Positions 9,922 through 20,914 of a DNA stretch of 64,000 nt are shown one piece after another (position 1 is the stretch's first letter; each line of letters opens with the position of its first letter). The translations under genes were made by a program, and so were the position numbers. This DNA is from an uncultured Prochlorococcus sp. Its GTDB lineage: Bacteria; Cyanobacteriota; Cyanobacteriia; PCC-6307; Cyanobiaceae. Location of the stretch: positions 5,590-69,589 of the forward strand of contig CACGER010000005.1 in assembly GCA_902572075.1 (NCBI GenBank), read 5' to 3'. The notes below the pieces were generated by a model, which saw nothing but the letters and a program-made list of their open reading frames with translations, was not told the origin of the DNA and ran no database searches.

Positions 9922-11127
9922 TCAGTCAAAAACTTTATTTTGGCCTAATTCAAGTCTATTTGCCAAAGGTTTAGCTGAAAGTCCTTGTATTCCTACTGTC
10001 ATCAAAATAGTAAGAAAAACTAAACCTTGGAGACGACCAGCTCCAAGGATACCAGCCTGCTCTAATCTAATAGAAAAAAGAGAAGCTACAGCTGCAGTAA
10101 CAATACCTCTTGGGGCTAACCAAGCTAAAAATATTTTTTCTTTTAAGTTCAATTCTCTCCCCGTTGTTGCTATCCCGATAGAGATTGGGCGAACAATTAC
10201 CATCAACATAAAAACGCAAACAACCCCTCCCCAGCCAAGCGGACTTAATTCACCCCAAGAAACGTCAGCGGCCAAAAGAGGGAAAAGAACTGTTATTGCT
10301 AATTGGGCTAGTTCACCTATTAGGTTATCCAATCTCTCCTTATCTACAACTTCTCTTTTGCCTACAATAAAACCTGCCGCTACAGAAGCAGGCAAGCCTG
10401 ATTCCGGTAAAAAATATTCGCTAATACCATACACGAGGAAAATAAATCCAAGGGTAACTTGAAGCTCTATACCAAATGAGGCTTCAGTTTTTATTTTTTT
10501 TAAAATTTCTGATAGTAACCATCCTGCGCTTAATCCGATTAAGACTCCTCCCCCTAATCTTTGCATTAATGCTATAAATACATCTTTAATCCCACGGAGA
10601 TCACCTAAAGTCAGCTCTAAAAGCAGTAATGCTAGTACCGCACCAATTGGTTCAAGCAATAACCCCTCAGCTTTTAGAACTTCCGAGAGTGGGGAAGCTA
10701 ATTTTATTTGTTCCACTAATGGAGAGACCACTGTTGGTCCAGTAGCTAGAACTATGGCACTATATATTCCTGCGACTTGCCATGAGAGGCCAGCCAGCCA
10801 ATGAGCAATAAAAATACCTGCTGATAATGAAATAAAAAGTCTTACCAATGAAATTTTCAAAACAGTATTTCTTATACTCCCCTCAGGCAGTCTTAAATTT
10901 AATCCCCCTTCAAAAAGAACCAAACAGACCAAAAGCCCCACGATAGTTTCAAGCCCTTGCCCGAGATCTAAAGGCTCAACAAGTCCTAATCCTGATCTTC
11001 CAATGAATAATCCAGAAAGCAATAAAATAACAACACTTGGGAATCCTGTAAAAGAAGAAAATAATCGAGCGCAAGCACCTGCAAATACAGTTATCCCCCA
11101 AAGTAATCCAAGCCTTTCAGGCGTCAT
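9922..11127 (-). CDS. Na+/H+ antiporter, CPA1 (NhaP-like)
   Basis: Polytopic membrane protein with LFEGGL, ATGPTVV, AEG, RP and PRGIV motifs. Confidence 0.9.
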   Translation of the reverse strand: MTPERLGLLWGITVFAGACARLFSSFTGFPSVVILLLSGLFIGRSGLGLVEPLDLGQGLETIVGLLVCLVLFEGGLNLRLPEGSIRNTVLKISLVRLFISLSAGIFIAHWLAGLSWQVAGIYSAIVLATGPTVVSPLVEQIKLASPLSEVLKAEGLLLEPIGAVLALLLLELTLGDLRGIKDVFIALMQRLGGGVLIGLSAGWLLSEILKKIKTEASFGIELQVTLGFIFLVYGISEYFLPESGLPASVAAGFIVGKREVVDKERLDNLIGELAQLAITVLFPLLAADVSWGELSPLGWGGVVCVFMLMVIVRPISIGIATTGRELNLKEKIFLAWLAPRGIVTAAVASLFSIRLEQAGILGAGRLQGLVFLTILMTVGIQGLSAKPLANRLELGQNKVFD

Positions 11128-11290
11128 ATAAAAATATAAATAATAAAAATATTTATTATTTTGATTAAATCAATAATCATATCTCAAGTCCAATAAATAC
11201 AATACTTTTTAATTTAATTCATCGACTGAACAAGGGTAATTTTTATTAAATCTTTCAAAACCACTTTTAAGAAAATGAATTTTATTTCTT

Positions 11291-11467
11291 TTAAGAAAAC
11301 TGGCTTATTAAAGCAATAATTATAAAAATAATTCCTATACCAACAGTTGCCATCCTCCCATTCCATATTTCAGCTTGAGGGGTAAAACCTCTTTTCCACA
11401 AATTTAGTTCCTTTTTATCAACGAAGTTTTTTGTTTCTTCAATCTCGATTTTAGGTTGTTTGTTCAT
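11291..11467 (-). CDS. hli: High-light-inducible protein (Hli), 58 aa
   Basis: Hand translation MNKQPKIEIEETKNFVDKKELNLWKRGFTPQAEIWNGRMATVGIGIIFIIIALISQFS, with the GFT..AE.WNGR.A chlorophyll-binding motif; below the ORF track cutoff. Confidence 0.92.
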   Translation of the reverse strand: MNKQPKIEIEETKNFVDKKELNLWKRGFTPQAEIWNGRMATVGIGIIFIIIALISQFS

Positions 11468-11472
11468 TGAAG

Positions 11473-12543
11473 TTAGAAAGGAGGATTTTCTTCATAAAGG
11501 GTATTTGCTTGTTCAATTGATAGTCTTCCTGCGACACCTAATTTAAGGGAACTTAAATGATCCTTAAATTTGATCCTGAACAACGCCGCCGCTCCAATCA
11601 TTGCAGCATTATCTGTACAAAGATTAAGGGGCGCTAAATGAACTTTAATGGATTTTTTACGAGCTTCACTAATCATCATTTTTCTTAATGTATTGTTAGC
11701 AGCCACTCCCCCAACCACAACAACATTATCCAAACTATAATCATCTGCGCATTTTATTGTTCTCTCTACCAAAACCTCTGCTACTACTCTCTCAAAACTT
11801 GCAGCAATATCAGGAATTGGAACGGTCTTCCCATCCAACTTTATTCTCTCAACTAATCTTAATACGGCAGTTTTTAGACCACTAAAAGAGAAATCATATT
11901 TCAGAAATCCACCTTTTTTATCAGAAATCCTACATTTTGGTAAATTAAATTTCATTGGGTCCCCTTCTTTAGCAATCTTTTCAATTGCTGGTCCTCCTGG
12001 ATAACTAAGACCTAATAGTCTGCCAACTTTATCAAAGGCTTCTCCAGCAGCATCATCAAAACTTTTCCCAAGTCTTTGCATTCTCCTTCTTTCATCAACC
12101 TTAATCAATTCAGTATGCCCACCGCTAACAAGTAATGTAAGAAAGGATTTATTTGGATAGTTTTCTGAAAAGAGTATTGAAGATAAATGCCCCTCCAAAT
12201 GATGAATTCCGAAAAAAGGTTTTGAATATAACATGCAAAGTGATCTTGCAGTTATGGAGCCAACTCGTAAACAACCAACTAATCCAGGAGCTACAGTTGA
12301 TGCAATATAATCAACTTCCTCAATTTTGATTTTTGATTCTTCTAAAGCCTTATCTAAAACAAAAGGTAATGACTCTAAATGCTTTCTAGCTGCAAGTTCA
12401 GGGACAATTCCTCCCCATTTTGAATGATCTTCAATTTGAGAGGCAATTATATTTGAATGTATTCTGAAAGTATCACCAATATTAGAAACTATTGAGACAG
12501 ATGTCTCATCACAACTTGTTTCAATAGCTAAAACTTTATGCAT
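11473..12543 (-). CDS. tsaD: tRNA t6A threonylcarbamoyltransferase TsaD
   Basis: IETSCDET, GGIVPELAAR.H, HHLEGH, VSGGHT, DDAAGEAFDK, DNAAMI. Confidence 0.97.
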   Translation of the reverse strand: MHKVLAIETSCDETSVSIVSNIGDTFRIHSNIIASQIEDHSKWGGIVPELAARKHLESLPFVLDKALEESKIKIEEVDYIASTVAPGLVGCLRVGSITARSLCMLYSKPFFGIHHLEGHLSSILFSENYPNKSFLTLLVSGGHTELIKVDERRRMQRLGKSFDDAAGEAFDKVGRLLGLSYPGGPAIEKIAKEGDPMKFNLPKCRISDKKGGFLKYDFSFSGLKTAVLRLVERIKLDGKTVPIPDIAASFERVVAEVLVERTIKCADDYSLDNVVVVGGVAANNTLRKMMISEARKKSIKVHLAPLNLCTDNAAMIGAAALFRIKFKDHLSSLKLGVAGRLSIEQANTLYEENPPF

Positions 12544-12617
12544 TTTTGATTCAACTTGTTCTATTTTAATATTAATTTCTTACTTAACACACTATAAGAG
12601 ATTAAAGATTGCAACTT

Positions 12618-13172
12618 ATGAAATTCTTTTTTTCAATCATAACCTCAGTTTTTCTGTTCCTCGGAATTACTCCAACTGCTCTAGCTGCCAATGGGCCTGC
12701 CTTAAACGCAGATAGAGCTAGCACTGAATATACTGCTTCAGCCCTCACAAAATGCTCTGAAAATCCTAAATTCATTGAAAGAGCAAATTCTGCAACTACT
12801 CAAAAGGACATCGCAAGATTTGAAAGATACGGAAAAGCATCATGCGGAGATGATGGTCTTCCGCACTTAATAATTGGACCTCCTCTTGAGCCATGGGGAG
12901 CCCTTTTAAATAGAGGTCATGAAGGAGATTTACTTATTCCAGGAGTACTGTTTATTTATATTGCTGGAATTATAGGTTGGTCAGGAAGAGAGTATCTGAT
13001 TGAATCCAAAAAGACTAAGAACCCAGCAGATCTTGAGATCATTATTGACCTAGACTTAGCTAGAAAATGTCTTGTAAAAGGAGCGCAATGGCCTCTTCTT
13101 GCTAATAAACAGGGTCGAAATGGAGATTTAAGAGAGAAAGATAACAATATTACACTTAATGGTCCACGCTAA
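12618..13172 (+). CDS. psaF: Photosystem I subunit III (PsaF)
   Basis: Signal peptide, LTKCSE..F, CGDDGLPHLI, LFIYIAGIIGWSGREYL, EIIID; ATG at 12618 preferred. Confidence 0.96.
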   Translation: MKFFFSIITSVFLFLGITPTALAANGPALNADRASTEYTASALTKCSENPKFIERANSATTQKDIARFERYGKASCGDDGLPHLIIGPPLEPWGALLNRGHEGDLLIPGVLFIYIAGIIGWSGREYLIESKKTKNPADLEIIIDLDLARKCLVKGAQWPLLANKQGRNGDLREKDNNITLNGPR

Positions 13173-13199
13173 AAATCTTTAAAAACTTTCATAAAACAA

Positions 13200-13334
13200 A
13201 TGTTCAAAATTCTAAACACAAAATTTGTCAGATCTGCTCCAGTAGTAGCAGCAATTTGGCTAAGCCTTACGGCCGGAATAATTATTGAATTTAATAGATT
13301 TTTTCCAGATTTATTATTCCATCCAATGAGCTAA
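13200..13334 (+). CDS. psaJ: Photosystem I subunit IX (PsaJ), 44 aa
   Basis: Hand translation [44 protein letters not shown] directly after psaF. Confidence 0.96.
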   Translation: MFKILNTKFVRSAPVVAAIWLSLTAGIIIEFNRFFPDLLFHPMS

Positions 13335-13348
13335 TAAAGAGAAAATAA

Positions 13349-13903
13349 TCAAGTTTTTATTAACTTGATTATCTTTTTTACTGTTTCATCAACATTGTGA
13401 TTTGTTAATGCAAAATCAAATTGATTTGATACAGAAATCTCATAATTAGCTCTCAAGAGTCTTTTTTTAATTGCCTCTTCTTTTTCTGTACCTCTATTTC
13501 TTATTCTTCTCTCTAACTCTTTTTTATCTGGAGGAAGTAAAAATATTGACAGAGAATTAGGAAACTTATTTTTTATTTGCCTTGCACCCTCTACTTCAAT
13601 TTCAAGTAGTACTGTAAATCCTTTTTTTATTTTCTCATTAACAGAAGACAAAGGGGTTCCATAGTAGTTGCCAGCGAATTGTGCCCATTCAAGAAACAGG
13701 TTTTGTTCAATCATTTCTTTAAACTTTTCTTGATTTAAAAAGTAGTAACTTTCTCCGTCCCTCTCTCCCTCTCTAGGTTCTCTAGTAGTTGCAGAAGTTG
13801 AAAGCCAAAAATTTTTTTCTTTATCTAATATTTCTTTAACAACTGTTCCTTTACCTACCCCGCTAGGTCCAGTAAGGATAATAAGTTTTTTTTGATTTTT
13901 CAT
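13349..13903 (-). CDS. gmk: Guanylate kinase
   Basis: GPSGVGKGT, SATTREPREGE.DG..Y, NYYGT, LERRI..RGTE. Confidence 0.97.
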   Translation of the reverse strand: MKNQKKLIILTGPSGVGKGTVVKEILDKEKNFWLSTSATTREPREGERDGESYYFLNQEKFKEMIEQNLFLEWAQFAGNYYGTPLSSVNEKIKKGFTVLLEIEVEGARQIKNKFPNSLSIFLLPPDKKELERRIRNRGTEKEEAIKKRLLRANYEISVSNQFDFALTNHNVDETVKKIIKLIKT

Positions 13904-13952
13904 ATTAAATTTTTTACAGTAAAATAAACTTCTTGTGAATTAAGAAGGAATA

Positions 13953-15677
13953 ATGCAAAAAGGTGTTCCACAGATAATGGACATTACATCTATTAGATCT
14001 GTCTTGCATTATTTGACAAGGAATATCTTACCTACAAAGTTTGAAACTGCCCAACAGCCAGAGCCTAATACAATTCAATTATGTTTCAGAGGAGTTAATT
14101 CTCAAACATGGTTAGAAGTTTCATGGAATGGAGACTCTCCTAGAATACTAAAGATAAATAAGCCAGAAAAGATTGGGAGAGAAAGCACACTTTCTAAACA
14201 AATAAGATATGGATTAAAGTATATGGCTTTAATTTCGATTGATCAAGATGATTTCGAGAGAGTTATAAAATTTAGTTTTGCGAAAAAACCAGGAGATGAA
14301 ATTAATAAGTATTTAATTTTTGAATTAATGGGAAAACATAGCAATATTTTTTATTTGGATAATAAACAAAAAATAATTGCCGTTGGTAAACAAATTAAAT
14401 CAAGTCAATCTAGTTTTAGAACAATTTCAACAGGATCAATTTATTCAGGCCCTCCAGTTAATCTCAAAAAACAACCTAGAGAAGATGAGTCTTTTCAATC
14501 ATGGAAAAACTCAATTTCAATAGTACCTGAGTCTTTGAAATACTGTTTAATAAATACTTATCAAGGAGTAAGCCCTATCCTCACAAAACAATTAGAAGTT
14601 TTTAGCAAAACTGGTGATCCGCAAATAATGGAAAAAAACATCGATTTCATAAACGATTCCGACTTAAAGGAGATATTTAAAAATTGGAAGATTTGGATAA
14701 ATAGGTTTAAAAACAATAACTTTAAGTTTTCTACATTTAACAATGATTTTTATTGCGTTTGGTTTTTTGATAAAGAAATTAATTGCAAAAACAAAATAGA
14801 TTTATGCACCAGTTTAGAGAATTATTATGATTATTATTTGAAACAAAAAAAACTTGAATTATTGGAAAAGAAAATTGAAGGGATAATTTTTAAACAGACC
14901 AATACTGAGAAAAAGAATTTAAATATTCAATATGTTCTTCTGAAAAAATCAGAGAACTACGAGATATATAAAGAAAAAGCTGATAATATATTTTCTTCAA
15001 ATGTAATAACAAAACGAGATATTATTAAAGGACAAAAACTATATAAAAAGTCAAAAAAACTTAAGAGATCTAGGGAATTGATAAAAGAAAGATTAAGTAT
15101 TTACAAAACAAATATTGAAAGATTAGAGGAATTCACTACTCTTATAGAAAATTTAAATTCTTTAAATCATGAAAAACTTTTTATGAGAATCAAACTACTA
15201 GAAGAAATTATGGAAGAAATTTCTAACGAGTTTAATATCAATATCAAGAGGCAAAGAGAAGAACAGAAAAGTAGATATGAAATACAATCTTCACCAATTC
15301 AAGTTGACACTCCCACAGGATTGAAGCTTCAGGTAGGAAGAAATATGAGGCAAAATGACTTAATAAGCTTTAAGTTTTCAAAAAAAGGAGATTTATGGTT
15401 TCATGCACAGGAATCACCAGGTAGCCATGTAGTTTTGAAGTCTTCATCTCAAGCAGCATCTGAACAGGATCTTCAAATAGCTGCAGATTTAGCTGCTTTA
15501 TTTAGTAAGGCAAAAAGAAACATTAAAGTTCCAATTAATTTAGTAAAAATTAAAGATTTACAAAAAATCAAAAAAGGAGGGCCGGGTTGCGTTTCCTTTA
15601 AAAATGGAGAAATTATTTGGGGAAATCCTACAAGAGGAGAAGATTACATTAAAAAAAATCTTAAAACAGTAATTTAG
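13953..15677 (+). CDS. rqcH: NFACT family protein (RqcH/FbpA-like ribosome quality control)
   Basis: NFACT-N (FERVI, ELMGKHSNI), coiled coil, NFACT-R (VGRN..QND, DLWFHA...GSHVV). Confidence 0.85.
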   Translation: MQKGVPQIMDITSIRSVLHYLTRNILPTKFETAQQPEPNTIQLCFRGVNSQTWLEVSWNGDSPRILKINKPEKIGRESTLSKQIRYGLKYMALISIDQDDFERVIKFSFAKKPGDEINKYLIFELMGKHSNIFYLDNKQKIIAVGKQIKSSQSSFRTISTGSIYSGPPVNLKKQPREDESFQSWKNSISIVPESLKYCLINTYQGVSPILTKQLEVFSKTGDPQIMEKNIDFINDSDLKEIFKNWKIWINRFKNNNFKFSTFNNDFYCVWFFDKEINCKNKIDLCTSLENYYDYYLKQKKLELLEKKIEGIIFKQTNTEKKNLNIQYVLLKKSENYEIYKEKADNIFSSNVITKRDIIKGQKLYKKSKKLKRSRELIKERLSIYKTNIERLEEFTTLIENLNSLNHEKLFMRIKLLEEIMEEISNEFNINIKRQREEQKSRYEIQSSPIQVDTPTGLKLQVGRNMRQNDLISFKFSKKGDLWFHAQESPGSHVVLKSSSQAASEQDLQIAADLAALFSKAKRNIKVPINLVKIKDLQKIKKGGPGCVSFKNGEIIWGNPTRGEDYIKKNLKTVI

Positions 15678-15706
15678 TTTATAATAAAAAAAATTTTTAA
15701 ATCTAA

Positions 15707-15967
15707 ATGTTTGATTTTCTTTTGGGCACTCATGAATTTTTAGGAAATCATAGTTTTCCAGAATTTATTATTGGATATCTATTTGGTGCTGCATTAATAA
15801 TTGGAGCTCCTACTGTTTTCCTGCTACTTGCCTTCGTAAGCGCTCTAATGAAAACAAATGGGAAAATGGGTGGATATAGAGAATATGAAACTTATGGTGA
15901 ATCATCTTTGAATGATGCCCCTCCTTTCTTATTACCGGATCCCACTAATCCTAAATTAAGCAAATAA
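15707..15967 (+). CDS. Small membrane protein of unknown function (86 aa)
   Basis: ATG ORF between rqcH and tatC on the same strand, with one hydrophobic segment. Confidence 0.7.
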   Translation: MFDFLLGTHEFLGNHSFPEFIIGYLFGAALIIGAPTVFLLLAFVSALMKTNGKMGGYREYETYGESSLNDAPPFLLPDPTNPKLSK

Positions 15968-16046
15968 TATTTTTAGCGAAAAATTAATTGGACTTTGACA
16001 ATATTAATTTTAAACCTTTTTCTTACAAAATCTTTATCAAATAACA

Positions 16047-16805
16047 ATGAGAGGTACAGGTCAAAGTGAAAATAAATTATCAGATTCGATGACTTTTAGT
16101 GATCATTTAGAGGAGCTTCGTCAAAGGTTACTAAACTCAATTTACTCAATACTTATTTCAATATTCTTTAGTTTTCTCATCATAAAGCCATTAATATCTT
16201 TTTTAGAAATCCCAGCTGGTGATATTCATTTACTACAACTTGCTCCAGGAGAGTTTTTATTTGTCGCTATTAAAGTTGCAGGATACAGCGGATTGATAGT
16301 TTCTATGCCCTATATTTTTTATCAAATAATATTATTCATTTCTCCTGGTTTAACAAAACAAGAAAAAAGCCTTATCTTGCCCGCAGTTTTTGGTTCAGGT
16401 CTTTTGTTTTTTTTAGGATTAATTTTTTCATGGTGGATATTAGTCCCAGCAGCAATAAATTTCTTTATTTCTTTCGGTGCTGATATTGTTGAACCAACTT
16501 GGTCTATAGAAAGATATTTTGATTTTGTTCTTCTATTAATGTCCAGCACTGCAATAGCTTTTCAATTGCCAGTATTACAATTTATTCTTGGTTCTCTTGG
16601 AATAATCACAACCGAAAAAATGATTTCTAATTGGAAGATAGTTGTTATTTCCTCAGCAATATTATCTGCAGTGATTACCCCTTCAACTGACCCATTGACT
16701 ATGTCATTGCTATCTATATCAATTGTGTTTTTATTTTTTGTGGGTACTGGATTAACTTACTTATCAGAAAATCTTAAGTCAAAAACTCTTTCATCTTCTC
16801 ATTAA
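16047..16805 (+). CDS. tatC: Twin-arginine translocase subunit TatC
   Basis: HLEELRQRL, FISPGL, FQLP, ITPSTDP. Confidence 0.96.
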   Translation: MRGTGQSENKLSDSMTFSDHLEELRQRLLNSIYSILISIFFSFLIIKPLISFLEIPAGDIHLLQLAPGEFLFVAIKVAGYSGLIVSMPYIFYQIILFISPGLTKQEKSLILPAVFGSGLLFFLGLIFSWWILVPAAINFFISFGADIVEPTWSIERYFDFVLLLMSSTAIAFQLPVLQFILGSLGIITTEKMISNWKIVVISSAILSAVITPSTDPLTMSLLSISIVFLFFVGTGLTYLSENLKSKTLSSSH

Positions 16806-17091
16806 GAGTTAATTGCAAGCTAACAGCTCTACCTAATCTTGGCTTAGCATTGACTTTCTTTAACCATTCTCTTACTTCTTCTGAATATCCACATCTATTT
16901 AAAATCTCGATTTTATCAGCTATCGATTTTTTATATTCATCTTCACTTAAAGGGAATGATTCCTGTCCAAGAAATCCCCACATCATTTGAAAATAAACAA
17001 ATTTTCCTCGTCTAAAGAGTCTAAAATCATATTTTTTCCCCCAGCGATAAATTAAATAATGTATAACTTCATCTACTAGTAATGGATTCAT
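16774..17091 (-). CDS. DUF3067 family protein
   Basis: RWG..YD, QMMW..L.Q.SFPL.E..Y and PRLGRAVS patterns; next to petC. Confidence 0.8.
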   Translation of the reverse strand: MNPLLVDEVIHYLIYRWGKKYDFRLFRRGKFVYFQMMWGFLGQESFPLSEDEYKKSIADKIEILNRCGYSEEVREWLKKVNAKPRLGRAVSLQLTLNEKMKEFLT

Positions 17092-17214
17092 TTAAATCAA
17101 TTAATTAAGACTTCCTAAACTTTTACTTTAAATTATTAAAAGTCCTATCTATTTGCAACAGAAATTGAACAATTTGATTCATAATAACTTATAAATAACA
17201 GATCCAAGTAGCGA

Positions 17215-17751
17215 ATGACTCAATTAAGTTCCAATGATGTCCCTTCAATGGGTCGAAGGCAATTTATGAATCTTCTTACATTTGGTACTGCAACTGGTGT
17301 AGCTTTAGGAGCCCTTTACCCTGTAGCTAATTATTTCATGCCTTTAAGAGCAGGCGGTGGTGGAGGTGGAACTTCTGCTAAAGATGAATTAGGGAATCCA
17401 ATAACTAAGACAGGTTGGTTAGCTACCCATCAAGCAGGAGACAGAAGTTTAGTGCAGGGTCTAAAGGGAGATCCAACTTATTTAATAGTGAATGAGGGTG
17501 GTGAGATAGGAGAATTTGGTTTAAATGCAATTTGTACTCATTTAGGTTGCGTTGTCCCATGGGATAGTGGTGCCAATAAATTTATATGTCCTTGTCATGG
17601 AAGTCAGTACGATACAAATGGGAAGGTAGTAAGAGGGCCTGCTCCTTTATCTTTAGCTCTAGCTCATGTCGACATTGAAGATGATGCTGTACTCGTCAAA
17701 CAATGGTCAGAAACCGACTTTAGAACAAATGAAAATCCATGGTGGGCATAA
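17215..17751 (+). CDS. petC: Cytochrome b6f Rieske iron-sulfur subunit
   Basis: RRQFMN Tat signal, CTHLGC and CPCHGS Rieske boxes, GPAPLSL. Confidence 0.98.
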   Translation: MTQLSSNDVPSMGRRQFMNLLTFGTATGVALGALYPVANYFMPLRAGGGGGGTSAKDELGNPITKTGWLATHQAGDRSLVQGLKGDPTYLIVNEGGEIGEFGLNAICTHLGCVVPWDSGANKFICPCHGSQYDTNGKVVRGPAPLSLALAHVDIEDDAVLVKQWSETDFRTNENPWWA

Positions 17752-17755
17752 AAAA

Positions 17756-18709
17756 ATGAAAGGTCTTAAAAATCAAATCATGAAAAAAACAAGTTTATTT
17801 ATCTGTACTCTTCTTTTCATTTCGAGCATCGTATTTTACCCAAAGATCACTTTTGCTTATCCATTTTGGGCTCAGCAAAACTATGAATCCCCAAGAGAAG
17901 CCACTGGAAAGATAGTCTGTGCAAATTGTCATCTAGCTCAGATGCCTACAATTGCAGAGGTTCCACAATCTGTTGGAGCAGACAGTGTTTTCAAAGCTGT
18001 AGTCAAAATACCTTACAAAAATGACTTAAAAGAGATCGGGGCTGATGGTTCAGAAGTCCCATTACAAGTTGGTGCAGTTGTAATGCTGCCTGATGGCTTT
18101 AAACTCGCTCCACAAGAAAGATGGACCGAAGAAATCAAAGAGGAGACTGAAGGGGTGTATTTTACTAATTACAGTGAAGAGAAAGATAATATCATCATTG
18201 TTGGACCTCTACCTGGCGATACCAATAAAGAAATCGTTTTCCCAGTACTTTCGCCTGATCCATCCACTAATAAAGAATATCACTACGGGAAATACTCATT
18301 ACATATCGGAGGCAATAGAGGTAGAGGTCAGGTATACCCAAATGGAGACAAAAGCAATAATTTAGTTTTCACTTCTACCACCTCAGGAACTATAAATTCA
18401 ATAGAAACAATGGAAGATGGTAGCTATAAAGTCAATATAGAAAACGATAATGGTGAGATAACTACTGAAGCAGTACCTGTTGGTCCTCAACTTATCGTAA
18501 AAGCACAAGACAAAATTATTGCAGGTGACCCTCTTACTAATGATCCCAACGTTGGTGGCTTTGGCCAATTAGATGCTGAGGTTGTACTTCAGAGCCCTTA
18601 TAGAGTAATTGGATTGATTGCATTCTTCATTGGTGTAGGCCTAACACAAATACTTTTAGTCTTAAAGAAAAAACAAGTGGAAAAAGTGCAAGCAGCAGAA
18701 GGTATCTAA
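17756..18709 (+). CDS. petA: Apocytochrome f
   Basis: [30 protein letters not shown]-terminal TM helix. True start is ATG 17756 or 17780, not 17666. Confidence 0.97.
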   Translation: MKGLKNQIMKKTSLFICTLLFISSIVFYPKITFAYPFWAQQNYESPREATGKIVCANCHLAQMPTIAEVPQSVGADSVFKAVVKIPYKNDLKEIGADGSEVPLQVGAVVMLPDGFKLAPQERWTEEIKEETEGVYFTNYSEEKDNIIIVGPLPGDTNKEIVFPVLSPDPSTNKEYHYGKYSLHIGGNRGRGQVYPNGDKSNNLVFTSTTSGTINSIETMEDGSYKVNIENDNGEITTEAVPVGPQLIVKAQDKIIAGDPLTNDPNVGGFGQLDAEVVLQSPYRVIGLIAFFIGVGLTQILLVLKKKQVEKVQAAEGI

Positions 18710-18722
18710 CTTTCTTTATTAA

Positions 18723-19616
18723 ATGCTTATATTTCAAGCTTTTATACAATCTCCAGGAGAAACTTTTTTAAATTTAGGATTTATAACTATTAGATGGTAC
18801 GGACTGCTTATTTCGGTTTCGGTTTTAATAGGCCTATTTGTCTCAAAAAAACTAGCGAAGGCAAGAAACATTAACCCAGAGTACATCAGCGAAATACTTC
18901 CATCATTAATAATTTCTTCAATAATTGGAGCAAGAGCTTATTACGTAATTTTTGAGTGGAGGCAATATAGCGGAGAGAACTTTTTTACTTCTTTTGAAAT
19001 ATTCAATAACATCATTCAAATACCTTCTTTTCTTGCAGTTTGGGAAGGAGGCATAGCAATCCATGGAGGTCTAATTGGAGGATTAATGTCTATTATCTAT
19101 TTCTGTAAGTCGAAAAAAATTAATTTAAAAACTTTTTTAGATATATTAATACCCTCTATTATTCTTGGACAATCAATAGGAAGGTGGGGAAATTTTTTCA
19201 ATAATGAAGCCTTTGGAGTTCCTACAAATTTGCCTTGGAAATTATTTATACCTATCCAAAATAGGCCTTTAGAATTTCTTAATTATGAATTTTTTCATCC
19301 TACATTTCTCTATGAATCATTGTGGAATATTTTAATTTTTATCGTCCTTATTATTATTTTTAATAAACAAAGTAAAACAGATTTTTTCAGGCCTGGCTTT
19401 ATTAGCTGTCTTTATTTAATAAGTTATAGCTTTGGAAGATTCTGGATTGAAGGTTTAAGAACTGATCCACTATGCATTGGTGGACTTCCACCTTTTTGTG
19501 ATGGCGGTATAAGAATGGCTCAGTTTATAAGCATTTTTCTATTTTCTTCTGGATTAATCGGAATATTTTTTTTAAGATTAAGAACATATAGTGGGGAAAA
19601 TAGAAAGAATGGATAA
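18723..19616 (+). CDS. lgt: Prolipoprotein diacylglyceryl transferase
   Basis: [40 protein letters not shown]. Confidence 0.97.
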   Translation: MLIFQAFIQSPGETFLNLGFITIRWYGLLISVSVLIGLFVSKKLAKARNINPEYISEILPSLIISSIIGARAYYVIFEWRQYSGENFFTSFEIFNNIIQIPSFLAVWEGGIAIHGGLIGGLMSIIYFCKSKKINLKTFLDILIPSIILGQSIGRWGNFFNNEAFGVPTNLPWKLFIPIQNRPLEFLNYEFFHPTFLYESLWNILIFIVLIIIFNKQSKTDFFRPGFISCLYLISYSFGRFWIEGLRTDPLCIGGLPPFCDGGIRMAQFISIFLFSSGLIGIFFLRLRTYSGENRKNG

Positions 19617-20364
19617 AAAAATATCCTTTGTTGGTGTTGGCCCAGGGGATCCTGAATTATTAACTTTAAAAGCATTAAAAAAGATAAAAATTGCAGATGT
19701 CATTATTTGGACTGACTCTCTAATTCCTGAAAAGATTTTAGATTTTTCTAAAGAAGGTTCTGAAAAAATAAAAACGAGTTCGCTCAACTTAGAGCAAATC
19801 ACCTCAATTATGATAGAAAAATATCAGGAAGGGAAGACTGTTGTAAGGTTGCATGATGGAGACCCTTGCCTTTATGGAGCAATAAGAGAACAAATCGAAA
19901 TTTTAAAAAACGAAAAAATTGAAATCGAGGTTGTTCCTGGAGTAAGTGCTTTTCAAGTTGCTGCAGCATATCATGAAGCTGAGTTAACCATCCCTGACGT
20001 AACGCAAACAATAATTCTAACTAGAGCAGGAGGTCGAACAGGGATGCCTGAAAAAGAATCTCTGAAAGATCTTGCGAAACATAATTCCTCTATATGTCTA
20101 TATCTTAGTGCTAGGCATGTGAAAAGGTCTCAAGAAACTTTACTAGAGTTTTACCCTCCAGAGACTAAAGTAATTGTTGGATTTAGAGTATCTTGGGATG
20201 ATGGTTGGACATCATTAATAGAATTAAAAGATATGGAAAAATTTTCTATTGAGAAAAAACTAATTAGAACAACCATTTACATAATTAGCCCAGCAATTAG
20301 CAATTCTCAAAAAAGATCTCATCTATATAATCCATCTTATAAGCATCTCTTTAGGAATAAATAA
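19609..20364 (+). CDS. cobM: Precorrin-4 C11-methyltransferase
   Basis: [36 protein letters not shown]; ATG 19609 preferred. Confidence 0.93.
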   Translation: MDKKISFVGVGPGDPELLTLKALKKIKIADVIIWTDSLIPEKILDFSKEGSEKIKTSSLNLEQITSIMIEKYQEGKTVVRLHDGDPCLYGAIREQIEILKNEKIEIEVVPGVSAFQVAAAYHEAELTIPDVTQTIILTRAGGRTGMPEKESLKDLAKHNSSICLYLSARHVKRSQETLLEFYPPETKVIVGFRVSWDDGWTSLIELKDMEKFSIEKKLIRTTIYIISPAISNSQKRSHLYNPSYKHLFRNK

Positions 20365-20419
20365 TCTTAAAGTTGATAGAAAAATATTAATTACTATAAT
20401 TAGTAAAAATTTATTTGCT

Positions 20420-20914
20420 TTGAAAGAAATAAAATCTGTTTCGGGAATCAACAATAAAGGAGGAGATTCCTCTTTAAAGAGAATCGGAAATTTCATTAAA
20501 GAGGCTAGGTTAAGTAAAAATCAATCAATTGAAGAATTGGCTTCTGATTTAAAAATTGGAGCTCATCAACTTGAAGCCATAGAGGAAGGTAATGAAGAAA
20601 AGCTACCTGAAAAAGTATTTATCAAAGCAATGATAAGAAGGATTTCACAGAAGCTAAAACTTGATACAGAATTTTTAATGGATGAATTCAAGACAGAGAG
20701 GAAAGAAGTGAAAATTGAAGAAATAGTTGAAGAAGTTTCCAAAAAAAACTACAAAACTAGGCAATCTAAGAATTTTAATCCAATAGAATTCCTAATATTT
20801 ATTTCAATTTCAGGCTTTCTCGGACTAATCGCCTCGTCCTTAATTTTAAATTTATTTTCAGATTCTTCTCAGAATCAAACTCCAAAACAAGAACTTATTA
20901 AAAAAACTAAATAA
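20420..20914 (+). CDS. RodZ-like XRE/HTH protein with C-terminal TM helix
   Basis: IG..IKEARL..SIEELA..LKI....LEAIEEG...LP HTH, then a hydrophobic helix. Confidence 0.75.
   Translation: MKEIKSVSGINNKGGDSSLKRIGNFIKEARLSKNQSIEELASDLKIGAHQLEAIEEGNEEKLPEKVFIKAMIRRISQKLKLDTEFLMDEFKTERKEVKIEEIVEEVSKKNYKTRQSKNFNPIEFLIFISISGFLGLIASSLILNLFSDSSQNQTPKQELIKKTK

Noticed and set aside
9905-10462. 185-aa + strand ORF
   Set aside because: Antisense shadow of the Na+/H+ antiporter; no recognisable motifs.
17666-17755. N-terminal extension of the petA ORF
   Set aside because: Overlaps petC; the signal peptide begins at ATG 17756 or 17780.
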